Shown here: positions 34,097-47,500 of the stretch, piece by piece
Layout: each line of letters opens with the position of its first letter
Position numbering within the stretch: position 1 is the stretch's first letter
From: Blepharisma stoltei ATCC 30299
Lineage: Eukaryota; Protista; Ciliophora
Direction: 5' to 3'
NCBI GenBank assembly: GCA_965603825.1
Contig: CBFDEM010000032.1
Coordinates: 434,001-498,000, forward strand
DNA length: 64,000 bases
Made by a program: the position numbers and the translations under genes
Notes under the pieces: generated by a model
Seen by the model: the letters and a program-made list of their open reading frames with translations, nothing else
Databases searched by the model: none
Told to the model about the DNA's origin: nothing

Positions 34097-34469
34097 TTAT
34101 AGTAAAAGAGATAATGTTTTTGAGCATATAAACGTATAATAGAAACATATAAAAAGTATTACATCAACAGCTGCCTAAAAACTATGTTTGATTTATTTAA
34201 ATGTTAGGTGAAATAAAATCATTGAATTAATTAAATTTGAGAGGGCTAGATAAGGAAGAAAGCTATCTAACTTCCTCCAAATATAAAAGTAGCAGCTTGC
34301 TTAGGTTAACTCCTTGACCATAAGAATTAGATTTTAGTTCTTGCTTTTTACGTAAAAGTGAAAAAGGGGAAAATATGCGCTATAATAAGTCACCATATTT
34401 TTCATTTTTCAAAATTTTTGTATCTTTATAATCCACAAAATTTTTTTATAATTTAATATGTTACTAAAA

Positions 34470-35048
34470 TTACTTCAAGAATTGACTCAGCCATCTAAAA
34501 GCTTCTACATATCCAGTTCTCCTTCTAACTGAACACATAAACAGTTCAACTGGCCTTAATCCTTCAGGATGCTTTCCACTTTTATTTATAAATCCATAGC
34601 TCTGCAGTCCTAATTCAAGCCTGAGCTCATCTTCATTTGCAGCTTCATCCAAATCGATTTTATTGCCTAAAATCGCAAAGGGGACATCTTGAAGTTCTTC
34701 CAATTTTAACAGCCCATCAAGTTCGCTTTTTGCCAATTCAAATCTTTCTCTGTCTGAAGAGTCTACTACAAAAACAATTCCATCTACAAGCCCCAAGTAA
34801 TCTGTCCAAATTTTTCTAGCGATTTCATGACCTCCAAGATCAACAGTATGGAACCGAATAGATCCCATTACAAGTTCTTCTGATTGTGGATGAATTGTAG
34901 GCAATAACTCTTCAGCTTTATCATCCTTTAGCATTTTGAGAAGTGTTGATTTTCCAGCATTGTCTAAGCCAAGAAAGACAAGCTTGGCATTTTTGTAGTA
35001 GAGGCCTAAATAGCCAAGAGCACTATAAAACCAATTCAATAGAAACAT
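34470..35048 (-). CDS. SAR1: COPII small GTPase SAR1, 192 aa
   Basis: Motifs [30 protein letters not shown] and [10 protein letters not shown]. Confidence 0.95.
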   Translation of the reverse strand: MFLLNWFYSALGYLGLYYKNAKLVFLGLDNAGKSTLLKMLKDDKAEELLPTIHPQSEELVMGSIRFHTVDLGGHEIARKIWTDYLGLVDGIVFVVDSSDRERFELAKSELDGLLKLEELQDVPFAILGNKIDLDEAANEDELRLELGLQSYGFINKSGKHPEGLRPVELFMCSVRRRTGYVEAFRWLSQFLK

Positions 35049-35109
35049 TTTGAATAATTTTTTATATTAATTGTAAATAGTTAACAATATCTGGACTCCA
35101 TTTTTAAAA

Positions 35110-35463
35110 TCCTACGTGGACTACCTTTTAAATTCTAATTCACTTATTAAATGCTTTAATAAATTTGATTAATTAAGATAAAAAACTTTGAAATATAAAT
35201 ATTCCAGGAAAAAGAATTCTCTTTTATGATTTTTCTATGTATTTTGTTTGTGTCTTATAGGAAATAATTAAATATTATTTGAATATATAAATAAAAATGG
35301 ATTGATATTTTCTAAAATTATAGCTTTTCTTTACTATTAAACTCTTGCTTCTTAAAAATCAAACGCATGATAATTCGGCCACTTGGCTTATATAAATCAT
35401 ACATTATTTGTTAATAAGACATAATATCATTTATATATTTCCTGCATATTTCCTACGTGGACT
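35110..35463. repeat. 13-bp direct repeat TCCTACGTGGACT at 35110-35122 and 35451-35463
   Basis: Exact duplicate of a GC-rich 13-mer in the AT-rich spacer upstream of SAR1. Confidence 0.6.
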
Positions 35464-35516
35464 TTAATCTAATATCTTTATGAAATAAACAAAATTAATT
35501 TCAATATGAATTATTA

Positions 35517-38500
35517 TTATCTAAAATTTCTATCAATCTGCTGCATTCTTTTTGACGATGATTTTTTTAGAGACTTCTCTGAATTCTTTTTGACTTTAGG
35601 CATCGTTTTTTCTCTAGGATTGTCAAGTTCTCTATTTATTGTCTGAATTTTATTGAAAACAAAAACAGAATGGGACACTAAAATTTCATCTGAAAAAGCT
35701 GCACCAAGGTTTTCAATTTTTTCGAATCCAATATCAATATCCCAAAAATCACTTTTTGTGATATACATTTTAATAGGTAAAGCTTCATTCAAGTCAGCAG
35801 TTAAGCATCTTATAATAAATCTAAGCAGCGCATATTGAACTTCATGCCTATCAGGAAAACCATTGCTACTGTCACATTGTTGGATTATTTCAATAATTCT
35901 TTGCTCAAAATTATCTGACTTATCTTCTTTTTTATATTCAGCTCTGATAAATTTCAGCATGTAAGGGAAATAAGCTTGCTCGATTTTTTCATATAAAGCA
36001 ATAATGTTTTCTAATTTTATGCTTGATAAATGGCTTCTGGATTTAAAGAAATCGCTGATTTTAGTCATATTTAGAGTTTCTCTACAAAATTCTGATATGT
36101 TTTTTTCAGGATTTATTTTTGAATTTTTGAGATAGCACAAAATATAGTTTAATGAGCCATAAATTTCTTTGAGTTTTATCGAAATTCCTCCTCTTTCTCG
36201 AGCTTCTAAATCTCTTAAGAAATAGTTTACCTTTATCATTGTTTCTTCATCAAAGTGTTTTTGATGGACTGAGTTCCTGATTTCTAAAATAAGCCCAGAC
36301 TCTTCATTTTGCATATTTAGTAATTCCAGCTGGTATTGGATTAAATCAAGCTTTGTCTTATCTAAAAACTTTTTATTGATAATATTTTTCACCAAATTTA
36401 TTTGCAGTCTTTCAAAATCATAAGAGATTTCACTGCCCATTCCATATTCAGGATTATTAAACGAGCAAATCCGCATTATCGTAATATCATCAATCTCTAA
36501 CGATAGTAGATTTTCTTTCTTGACCCTTTGCAAAGGATAAAATATAGGATCAACTATATTTAAGTTTTCAACTTGTTTCTCTGAGCTAATTTCATTATTC
36601 ATCTGCAGTAAAATTTTATTCTGAATTTCCGCCAACTCTAGCATTGCTGATGCCATATACATGCCTCCTCCATGCTCTTTATTGTCTATCAAAAAGAAAT
36701 TTAAACTGCTTGATCTATTGAAAGGAATATTTTTAAGGGCTTTACAGCCATACTGCATTTCATCAAGTCCTTTTGTTTCCCATGCCTTTAAAAAGCTATC
36801 AAACAGGGCCTCGAGATTTTTATTTTTGCTATCTTTTATAGCGTCACCTATTGTCAGCACCCTAGCTTCTTCACGAGGAATAGTGTGATTATAAATTTCT
36901 AATAGAGCATTGGTAAATTCAATTATTGGATAAAGACTTTCAACTTTTTTGATATCTTCATAATTTTGGAAATAAATGCGCAATAGCCCATATTTTTTGT
37001 TTTCTCTTTCCAGTTCAAAAGCATTTTTCATCGCTTCAAAGCTGGGCTCCTCGTTGTGCCTGAAGAATTTGAGCATTGGATAATTTTCATCTTCAGGGCC
37101 TTTTAGCTCTTCAATATAATCTTTAAACGAAGCTTCAAACTCCAAATCTGATTTTAGTCTATTTTTGTAGTCCATTATAACTGCTGGCGTACTTAGACGA
37201 CTATTAATTATTTCATTTTCAAAAAATGTTTCAAAATCATCTCTTATATCTTTTTCAGATGGTTCTCTGCTAATTTGTTCAATAATTCATGGTAAATGAG
37301 AAAACACTTCATACAGCCATACATGCCTTTCATTAGTGCCTAACATATTTTCAAGATTATTTAAGTCAGCTTCAATTCCTCTGCTTAAGAAGTTTTCGTA
37401 ATTATCATTATTTGGTAGAATATCTCTCAAATCTCTATCAGAAATTAAGTTCAGCTTTAAGAGACCATATAAAGAGCTTCCAAGTATAAGATGGAGAGCT
37501 TGAGAAGAAATAGGCTTGAGTCCTCTCATATAAATTTTTTCGCCAATATTTCTGTAGTATTTACATCCTTTGCTTGTCTGTGCTTCTTGTCTGGCTATAG
37601 AATTTCTTAAAAACGCTAGTGCTTCGTCATGAGACAAATTTTCATGTCCAGGTCTCTGAACAAGTTGGTGATTCACTCCTCCAATTTGTTGGCCGCAAAA
37701 TGGGCAATTGCCTAATTGTGTAGGACCCCCGCAATTGCTGATAAAGTACATATAATCACATGTATCAGAGCATTTATAAGTACTTCCTCTGGCATAAGGA
37801 GCTATAAAGGTATTTGAAATCAGATTATTGAAGTTTTCCAGAGTAGATCTTGTGAATTGAAGCATAGGGCTTGGCTCAGAAGCGACAATAAACATATTAT
37901 TAAATCGGTTGGGTAAATTTCGATCAATTTTTCCCGACCTGGAAAAGAAAATACTTGTCAGAGGGTTGGCTGTATCTTTATAGGCGAAAAGATTTATCAG
38001 AATCATGCAGATTATCAAAGATTGATGGACTTCCTTTTGAGGTTGGCCTATAGAAAGATGCAAAATAGAGTTTCTTGAGAAATTGTGTATAAAATTGAAA
38101 AGAAGAGAATAAAATTCATCTCCAAGAGCTTCAACAACTATTTCTTTGCTGTCTTCAAACCATCTAGCTAAGTTGTCATTTATTCGTTCATCTAAAGTAA
38201 ACAAAGTAAACACTTCATTCATAAAAGCTAATCCCAAAGCAAGCCTTTCCCTTGGGCTTCTCGATGCTAAAATCTTTGTAGAAAGTTCTCCATAAAAATT
38301 TTGCCCTTGAATAATTCCATTAAGAATTGCTACTGTTTCAATATAAGGCTTCTTCAAATTTTGAATATATGGAATGATCTCCAATTTATTTTCGACCTGG
38401 AGTTGGCCTATTCTGCTAATTCATTCAACTCCTCTTTTAGCTTTTAAGAACTTAGATAGATCGTCTATTGTGAATTGATTATGATAAAAAATATTTTTTA

Positions 38501-41500
38501 AGCAAAATAATCTAAAAGTTTCTCCATATTGTGATTCGCAAAGAAATTGATTCACGTTGCCCATAGCATACTGTAGATCAGGCTCAAAATTATTGGAGTC
38601 TTCTAATAATAACATAGAATAAATTTCCAGATAAATTCTTATTTGTACCATTGATATTATTTTTTTGATATTTGAAAAATTTCCAGAGTAGTCATAGAGA
38701 TAATTATTCAAAAAGGCGACTAATGGCGCTTTAGCAATCAATAACTCTTTATAAAATTCAGTTTGATCATGTTGATTATCAGCTTCTTTTAGCTCTTCAT
38801 TAGACTCTTCAAGCTCTTCAGGCTCTTGCTGTTCTTCATCTTTAATAAATTTGCAAATTGTATCACTTAAAAGCAGGGCAAATTTGCAATCTAGTCCAAT
38901 ATCTGATAGCAATATTTCTATTGCATTCAAATAAGGATTTTCATCTATCTCGAAGTCAGGATTTTCACCTTCCCCTATTCTTTTAGAAAGTTCACTTATA
39001 GTGCCAATTAATCCAGAGTTGTTTAAGGCAGTTGTAATTAATTTTGTTGAATATTTCCATATTTCACTATTTTCAAATTCTTCTGCTATATTTAATATAT
39101 ATTCAGCGTTCTTGTTTAAAAGTAATTTCATATATGAGGCTTTAAATGCTGCAAGGTCATTTTCGTTAGCTTGTTCTTGAAATTCGTCTTCTGAATTTAT
39201 CATTTCAAAGATATAAGTTACAAATTTTTTATTATAAATGTAGCTATTCTCATTTTCAGCGTAGAATTGTCCTACTTGATGAATATATAATAATTTTTGC
39301 TGATTTATCTTTGATTTTGCAACAAGTGAGCTAAAATAAACCCAGAATTCAAGCTCATCCAAGTTTTCTAGTTCTAATTTTCCTTTTAATTCTGTTTCTG
39401 CAAGCAGATTATAAATTTTCTCAACTCTTATTGGATAATCCAAGCCATTTTTGTCAACGATCAATGCTTCATGTTTGGGCATCATTTCTTTTATGAGGAC
39501 TTTTAGGACATAAGTAATTGATTGTATTAATGATTCATTAAAATCATCCTCAGCAAACGATTCAAGACTCTCTTCACTTGTTTCTGACTCGCTTTGATCA
39601 CTCTCAGTGTATACGCCTTCTTTGTATTCTTCGTTCTCTAATTGCATAGAGTTTTCTATTATTCCAAGCAAATTCTCAGCAGAAATCAAAGATACACTGA
39701 AGATTTCGCACAAAAGGACTAGTAAGTTTTCAAAATTCATGAAAGAAATTAATTTTTCTTCAAAACTTTCAATATCCTTGACACTTGAACAGAAAAGTCT
39801 AAAAATTACAAATTCATATTCCATGCTCATTAAGTTCCTTGCTAAGCAAATCCTTATCATGTCTTTGATAAAAATATCCTGCAAATATTTATTTTGCTCT
39901 ATAATAGCTAAATTATCTTTATAAACTGTTTTTTCTCTGTAGCTTTCAACAAAAGTTCCTAGAGCATCTTTATCCCTTTTATTTACCTTATATATTTTGT
40001 AAAGCTCTGTAATAGTCCTATATTCTGGCTTTGAGAATGGAAAATTAAGCTCAAATTCGAGCTTCAAAATATTTCCCTGATTTACATTTTGCAGTGCAAT
40101 ATTTCCCGTCTTCATAGTTTTAAAGATTGACAACCAAACATTTCTTTTTTCTTCTCCATACTCTTGATCTTTTTCACTAAAATAGCTTAATAATGCTGAC
40201 TTTTCTTCCAAAAGATAAATAAGGATAGTCAGTGCACTTTCTATTTCTCTTGAAATTGCTGAAGTAATTGCTGTAAATAATCGGTTTGAGTCTGATACAA
40301 GTTCACTATTATAAAATATTTCTGATTTTCAGTCTTTAACTCTCGGCTTCTGTCTAATTAGATTAAATGATTTTTCTTTAAGAGCTTCAATTAGAATTTC
40401 ATCTTTTGCTATTTTATCAATAATATCTAGAAGGTAGGAGTTTAATTTTTCTTTGCTAGCATAAATAGTTTGCTCATATTTAAATCTTAAAATGCAATTT
40501 TCTACTAAAGACCCAATATTTTCTTCGAAGTTTACTATTTGATTTTCAAGGATAAGCTCTTTAGTGGTTTTATTTAGCAGCTCGTCTGAAATTTCAAGTG
40601 TTTCCATTGAGAGATCATCAAACATTCTAATTTCCCATGAGCCAAACAAAATGACAGAGCTGTCATATTTTATGTTTCTTGTCATATGAATTATCACACA
40701 CACTAATTTACTGCATTTCCAATAATCTTTAGTTTCTTTTTCTTCACGGTCAATGATGAATTTTATTAGCGAAAGATGGCTGCTATCCTTTGAAAAATCA
40801 AGCTCTAAAATGTATAATGATTTAGTTTCACTATAGTAAAATGCCTCAATATCTTTAGTGATTTCTCTTTCAGAACCAAAATTGCTGATTTCATTTATAA
40901 CAATTTCATCACTTTTTATTTCTTGAATTTGGTTTGCTAATCTATTATCATAGGTAAATGCAATTAATTTATCAAAAGGTGCTTGATTTTCTATCATTAA
41001 TTTCAAAACTTCAGGGAATTTTTGACTGTGAAATTCTCTTCAATGACTATTGATAAAGCTTTTTTCTTCATGGTCTAATGAATTTAGTTCAAGTAATATT
41101 AGTATATCTGCTGGGGCTATTTTTAAGAGAGTTTTTTTGCAATCACTTAGCACTTGATTTTTATTTTTACTATCATCAAACAATATTTGCAAAGCAAGTG
41201 TTTCTCGGCTGTAAATTGGGAATATATGATTTTTAGTAAAAATGAGATCAGAGTCATCTTGATAAGAGAGAATTGAATTTACCCAATTTTCTAATTCAGT
41301 CAAAAGGCCAGCTTGTTCCTGGTTTAGCATAGATTCTAACGATAGGCAATGCTTTTCAAATCTATTCAAAAATGGAGCATCTGCCTTCAGAAGATTATTT
41401 TCATCATCATTCATAAAGACAATGACATGAAAATTGCTATGCACAAAACATCTTGGATTAAAAAGTGCACCTAATGCAATTCTGCAATATCTCCTTTCTC

Positions 41501-44500
41501 CTTCCCCTTCTCCTGAAACGGCAAAATTCTGATTAAATAAATCATATAGAGAGCTGTATATGTGATCCATATCTTTTAGTATTACAGAAATTCCTCTTTC
41601 CATATAGAGAATAATATCACTCAGAGACCTAAAACTATACTCTTCTTGATCAGTATCATTCTTTAGCTTGCTTCCTACAATAATTCTTCGTTCTGCTAAT
41701 GAGTTCAAATGTTTGTCAATTATATATGTGATAACATCCACTCTTCCAATGAGCATTAAATACCTGGAGCTTGGATCTCTTAAATTATCATTAATGAGAT
41801 CTAAAACGTTTATTTCTGGCAAATATTGGTAAATGTGCTCAAAATGATGAACCTGGGCAAAAAATAGTCCCATTTTATTTGAAGAGCCTGGCTTTCCCCC
41901 AAAATTTCTTTCAATTCCTTGCTTAACAACCATTGCAATTTCTTGATTATCTAAAACATTTCTATTAATAAGATTTTTTGACACTTGCTTGATTAAATGA
42001 TAAAAATCTCTCAGCCCATAAAAATCTGTGAATTCAGTATTTTTATATTCATTTTTCAGAGCAAAGTATGATTTTGCAAGACTGTTTATGACTGATTCAT
42101 GAGTTCTGAGGCCATCGCTATATGAAATATAAATGCTCATAGCAGTGTGAATTAAATCTTTTTCATCTGGGTCTGGTCTCGCAAGATATAAAGCTCTGTT
42201 CATTTTAGAAGCATCAAGCCTCCAATTAGAAATTCCTATAAAGCCTACCACATTATTTTCTATTTCTAGTAGAGAATGTAGGACTTTAAGTGGATTATGC
42301 TTAGATATTTCTGCAAGCCCAATTTCATCAAATACAATAACTGGCAATAAATTGGAGTCAGCATTTAGGAACTTTTTAGACCTTTCAAATGCCTTTAAAA
42401 TACCTTCTGATGTGCACGAGTCTGATCCTTGAAACGGTACTAATGTTAGCTCTGGAAGCATTTTAAAATAAGGATCAGTTGATTTTTCACCCCTTAAATT
42501 AGCAAAAATAAGCTGAATTGATAATGATTTACTACATCCAGGTTTTCCACATATAAAAATTGGAATTTTATTGATGATGCATGGAATTACAGCAAAAATA
42601 TTTTCTCTTAAAGCTTGGTTTAAAGCTGTCCCTTTTGTTATTTCCATTCTGGCCAAATAATCATTCTGCTCCTCTTCCACTATTTTAAGTATTTTTTCTA
42701 CAGTTAGAAATTCAGCATCTAATTCCTTTACAATTTCTTCTAGAAATTCATTTCTTTCTCTTTGTGATGAAATCCTCAAATAATAGCAATGCGAAAACGC
42801 AAGAATTCCAGCTTTTAAATCAAAATCTCCATTATCCACTTGATCGTCTATAGCCAGACCATATTTTTTCAAATTTTCATAAAATAAATCTCCTCTTAAT
42901 TCATTCTTGGATTGTATTGATTCCCTGAACCATAAATAGAGCATAATAAATCTTGTGACATCTCTAAGACTTACGCTGCTTACATCTTCTTTTGATTGGA
43001 AGTATTTGTGAGATAAGCAAATCAAATAAACGAAAAAGTCATGATAATTAGTATTGATTCTTGTTTTCAGCATAGTGTGAATGTATTTTCTTGAATCATT
43101 GTCAGCTAAATAGCCGAAATCCCACACATATTCAATCATTGTGTCTGGAAGCGGCTTAACAATATGCATTAATTTGCTGATTTTTGCATTAGCTTTTTTG
43201 ATTCCAACATTTTCTTCGTATGTAGCTTTTCTACAAGAAACTCTATAGGGATTGCAGGCACCTAAAAATGCCATATTATCAGGCAAAGAATCGCCCTCTA
43301 TACTTCGCTCGCACATAATCTCACATATTAGCCCTATGCTATCAGTTGTATTAAATTCGTCAAAGAATATTCACAATTTTTCTTCGCTGCCTATGTCATA
43401 TGCTAATTCAACTAATTTTCCCATTTTTTCTTTAATTTCCTTTGATGTAACTCCTGCATGGATGCTTATTTTTATCAATTGATTTCCTAAGACTTCTTCG
43501 ACGAAAAATTGAATCAGTGAGGTCTTTCCGCACCCTGTCTCACCCATGATAATTACTGGAATATTTGATTGAGTTCTTAGGTAAATCAAATTCATTTTTA
43601 AGAAATTATCTGGAGTCATGATATATCGAGAATTTGAATATTCCAACACAAGATCTTTTCCATGCTTATTGTAGGTTTGAAGCTTCTGGAGCAATCCATT
43701 ATGAGACATATTGGCATAGTCATCGATTTCATATTCTTGAGATTCTATCAATTTGGCAAGCTCTTCCCCTGGTCTGTTATAATTGTGCTGTCAGAAAATC
43801 AATTTTCTTATGCTTTCTGGAACTTGGTCTTTATTTCGGTATATTGGAACAAATGATCCGTCTTCTAAAAAGATCATAGTGAAATGATTGGAGTTTTCCC
43901 ATGTCAACGTGCACTGAAAAGCATTTGCAAAATCTTCTTGATTGTCTTGTATTTCTTCATTTTTTCATAGATTTTGTGAAGCTTTAAACTGAGATCTTCT
44001 AACATTCTTAATGCTTTTTGTAGTAAACTCTTCTGTAGTAAGTAGCAATGCATCTATTATTGTGGCCCTGAAATTCTCGAATTCCTTAATTAAAAATTCA
44101 AGGTTATTGTATACCAAGTCATTCATAATTGTTCTTATTATTTCTGGATCGAAAGGGCTTCTTCCAAAATTTCTCAATAGCCTATCAAGAATGTTTATAA
44201 AGACACTGATTTGCGTATAAGTAATCTGCTCTTTATCGGCTTGCTTATCGATGAAGTATCTTGTTAAGAGAGCAATTGCGCTTTCTTTATTTGTAAAATT
44301 AAAATGGTTCTCATTAACGCTTTGAGCTTCAATTCTGCCAGTCTCGTATAATTTCAGATATCTGGCTATAAATTGAAGTTTATCGGAATGATCAGAATTC
44401 ACTATTAGTTCGTTGAGGTCTAAGCCATTGATATGAACGCATCTTAAATATTTCAAATAGTCGATAGAGTTGTAAAGCATATTGTCATACGTGTTAGCAA

Positions 44501-47500
44501 CTTCAATACAAATTAGCATGTCTTTTGGGAAAATTATAATATCTTCTGTATAGTTTAGAGTTCTAAATAAACAAATGTTCATGAGAATTTCATTTAATAG
44601 AGCTGCATTGCTAACAAAACTTAATTGAAGGTGCAAAATACAGTCTTCGTTAAGATCTATAATAGAAAATCTATTGGAGATATCAATGCAATCAATATCT
44701 CCTAATATAGGAAACGTTACAAGCTTTTCCCCTTCGTTATTAGCCATAGATCGTATGGCGGTAGTTTTCCCCAATCCAGCAGACGCAGAGGTATAAACAA
44801 TGCTATTTTTATCTTCTAAATGCATAATGAGGCTAAGTTTTTCATCAATCAATATCTGGCTCTCTCGAAGATTAATAACTCTAGGCGAATCAAGATACTT
44901 AAAATAAGACGACAAAGATGATCTTGGGTCAGAAGTTATGATTCCAAGTCTAAACTGAAGATCGCCTACACGGTCAAAAATAAGTTGAGTGAATAATGCC
45001 TTAGCCTTATTTTGATTTTCCAATGATAAATTTTCGCAATTAATCAGCAAATAAAGCTCGCCATTTTTATTTAAAAAGCATCTATGGAAGAATGATAATA
45101 AATCTTTTCAATGAGTTGCATACTGGCAAAAAAATACCTGGTCTGCTCTAGGCAATTTATTTCTGGAGTTTATATAAGCTGAAATCACTGCATTGATTAG
45201 TTTTGAGGTTTCTATATAAAGAATTTCACCATTGTTTTGGGAAATAACTGAACGCGGGGCAATCTCATATTCGTTATCAATTCTTATATCTTCCAAATTT
45301 GGTATTTGATCTAATAATATTGCCAGGAGCTGAAGTCGGCTTTCAACGTCTTCATTGACTCTAATGTGTTCAATTTCTGCAAAATAAGACTGCTTTCCCA
45401 TAAATGTCAATAAATTTTCTGCTTTTCTTCTGTATGTTTGGTCTTTTAGGATTATATATTTTTCTAATGTCCAAAATTGTTTGCCATTCATGAATGATAG
45501 ATAATAATTTGACTTATAATGGCCAACTAAGTTTTTTTCTCAATTGCTGAAGATCTCAAGAAGATCTTTTTCAAACTGCTCAACTTCATCGTATTTTCCA
45601 TCTATGCACGAAAAAATTTTTTTAGGACATTGAGAATTCGGATACCCATATACATCTAGATTTTTTAAGTTTGCCAAAATATTTTGGATTGATAAAGAAT
45701 ACTGATTAAACTGAGAGTAATAAGCCATGTCTGTGTCACCATTTTCTTCTTGCTTTGAATGGGTCTTGGTATGAATTAATAGCAGAGACCTGTCTCTTAA
45801 TTCAAGCAAATTTACTAGGTTAAATGTTTGTTTATCATTCTTTTCATATGTCAGATTTACATCATAACTGTCTCCAACAGAAATGATTTCAAATGTCGAT
45901 TTCTTTACAATTCCAATAATTTGCTTTTGCTTGGCTTCCTCTTTGCAGTTCAGTACATTATGGAGTTCTTTTATTCCTGGAAGATTTATTCTGCAGTTCG
46001 AGAACTTTTCTTTCAATTTTCCTTCTCTACCATCAATTTTCTCAAGTATAAACAAAGCCATCGTTTTATAAGAATCTGTAGTTTTCGCTATTTCTTTAAA
46101 AAAGTACCACAAAAACTCAAAATCTAGAATCACTTGTGTGGTTACATACATATCATCATAATCATTAACGCTTTCTTTTAGCTGCTCTAGTTCATTTTCT
46201 CTTACTCTTGAAGCAAACTTTATAAGATCTTCTGATTTAGATAATTCATCAAGCACTGAAATTAATTTGTCTTCTCTTTCTTGATCAATGTACATATATA
46301 AATTGCTTCTTAAACTGTCTGAAATTTTAAAAAAACTAGCAAGGCTTCTTTTGTTTATATTTTTAATGAAGCTTGTATATTTATTGCATATTTTTATATA
46401 AGCTTGATCATTAAAATCAATCAAAGTTTGAAGTTTAATTAGGCTTTCGCAGGCTCTTAGATAATTGTTTTTACTTTTGATGAAGTAAAGGCATCACCCG
46501 AAAAACTCAATCGTTTCTTGATTTGGATTGAAAATTGAATTTATAAGTGAAATTTCTTTTTCAAAATCATTGACTTTTTCAAAAATCGCAATAATTTTCG
46601 CAACTGAATACTTCTTTATATCAGTCATAATTTCATTGAAATCACTTATCATTGATTCATAGGCAATTTTACTTATTTCTCCAACATTTTTTGAAGTAAT
46701 TGATTGCTCCTTTTCTTTTTCTAAAGGAAGATAATAATTTAGATAAATTGATGAGTTTATCACAGGGACGATATCCCTAATAACATTTAGCAACGAAACT
46801 AAGTCTTCATGAAATCCGAAATCAACAATATCTGCTTCTAAATAATCCTGAGTGGAATTACGATATAAGGTTTCCAAGTTATCACGATCTTCTACATCAT
46901 TGCAGACTATATCGATATAAGTTCTTAAAACATTAATGTAAACTTTGATTACATCTAATTTCTGGAATATATTATTTTCGAGATTCCCAAAGAAATCAAT
47001 ATTTTCTCTATTCTTAATTTGTAAGCAACTTTGTATATAGAAATTAAAAGCCTCTCTTTGATTTTCGCTATGACTTTTAATTGCCAATAAATTTTTAATT
47101 TTCACTTTGCCTTGAACAATATTTTCTGCTGATTCTGTAATGGCGTTAACTAATGCTGTCACATACCTTAAATTTTGAAAATTATCAAAAAACCTTATAA
47201 GCAAACACCAAAAATGATTCAATGAAGGATTGCAAAATAAATGCTCTTCAATAGCATTTTCAGAAACATTGTCACCTTCAGTTATAGCAATTTTATAGGC
47301 TAAAAACGCAGTTGCCAGTTCATTGTCCTTTTCATTTGCTTGATAATACTCTAAAGTTTTTATTTGATCTTTATCATAATTGTTCAGAACATTCTGATAG
47401 CAATAGTTGCTGTAGGCTTCCTTTAAAAGTTTTGTATTGCACCGATTAAACTCTGGAATATAGCTCAGAAGGCTTATACGTTTATATTTAGAGCGAGCAC

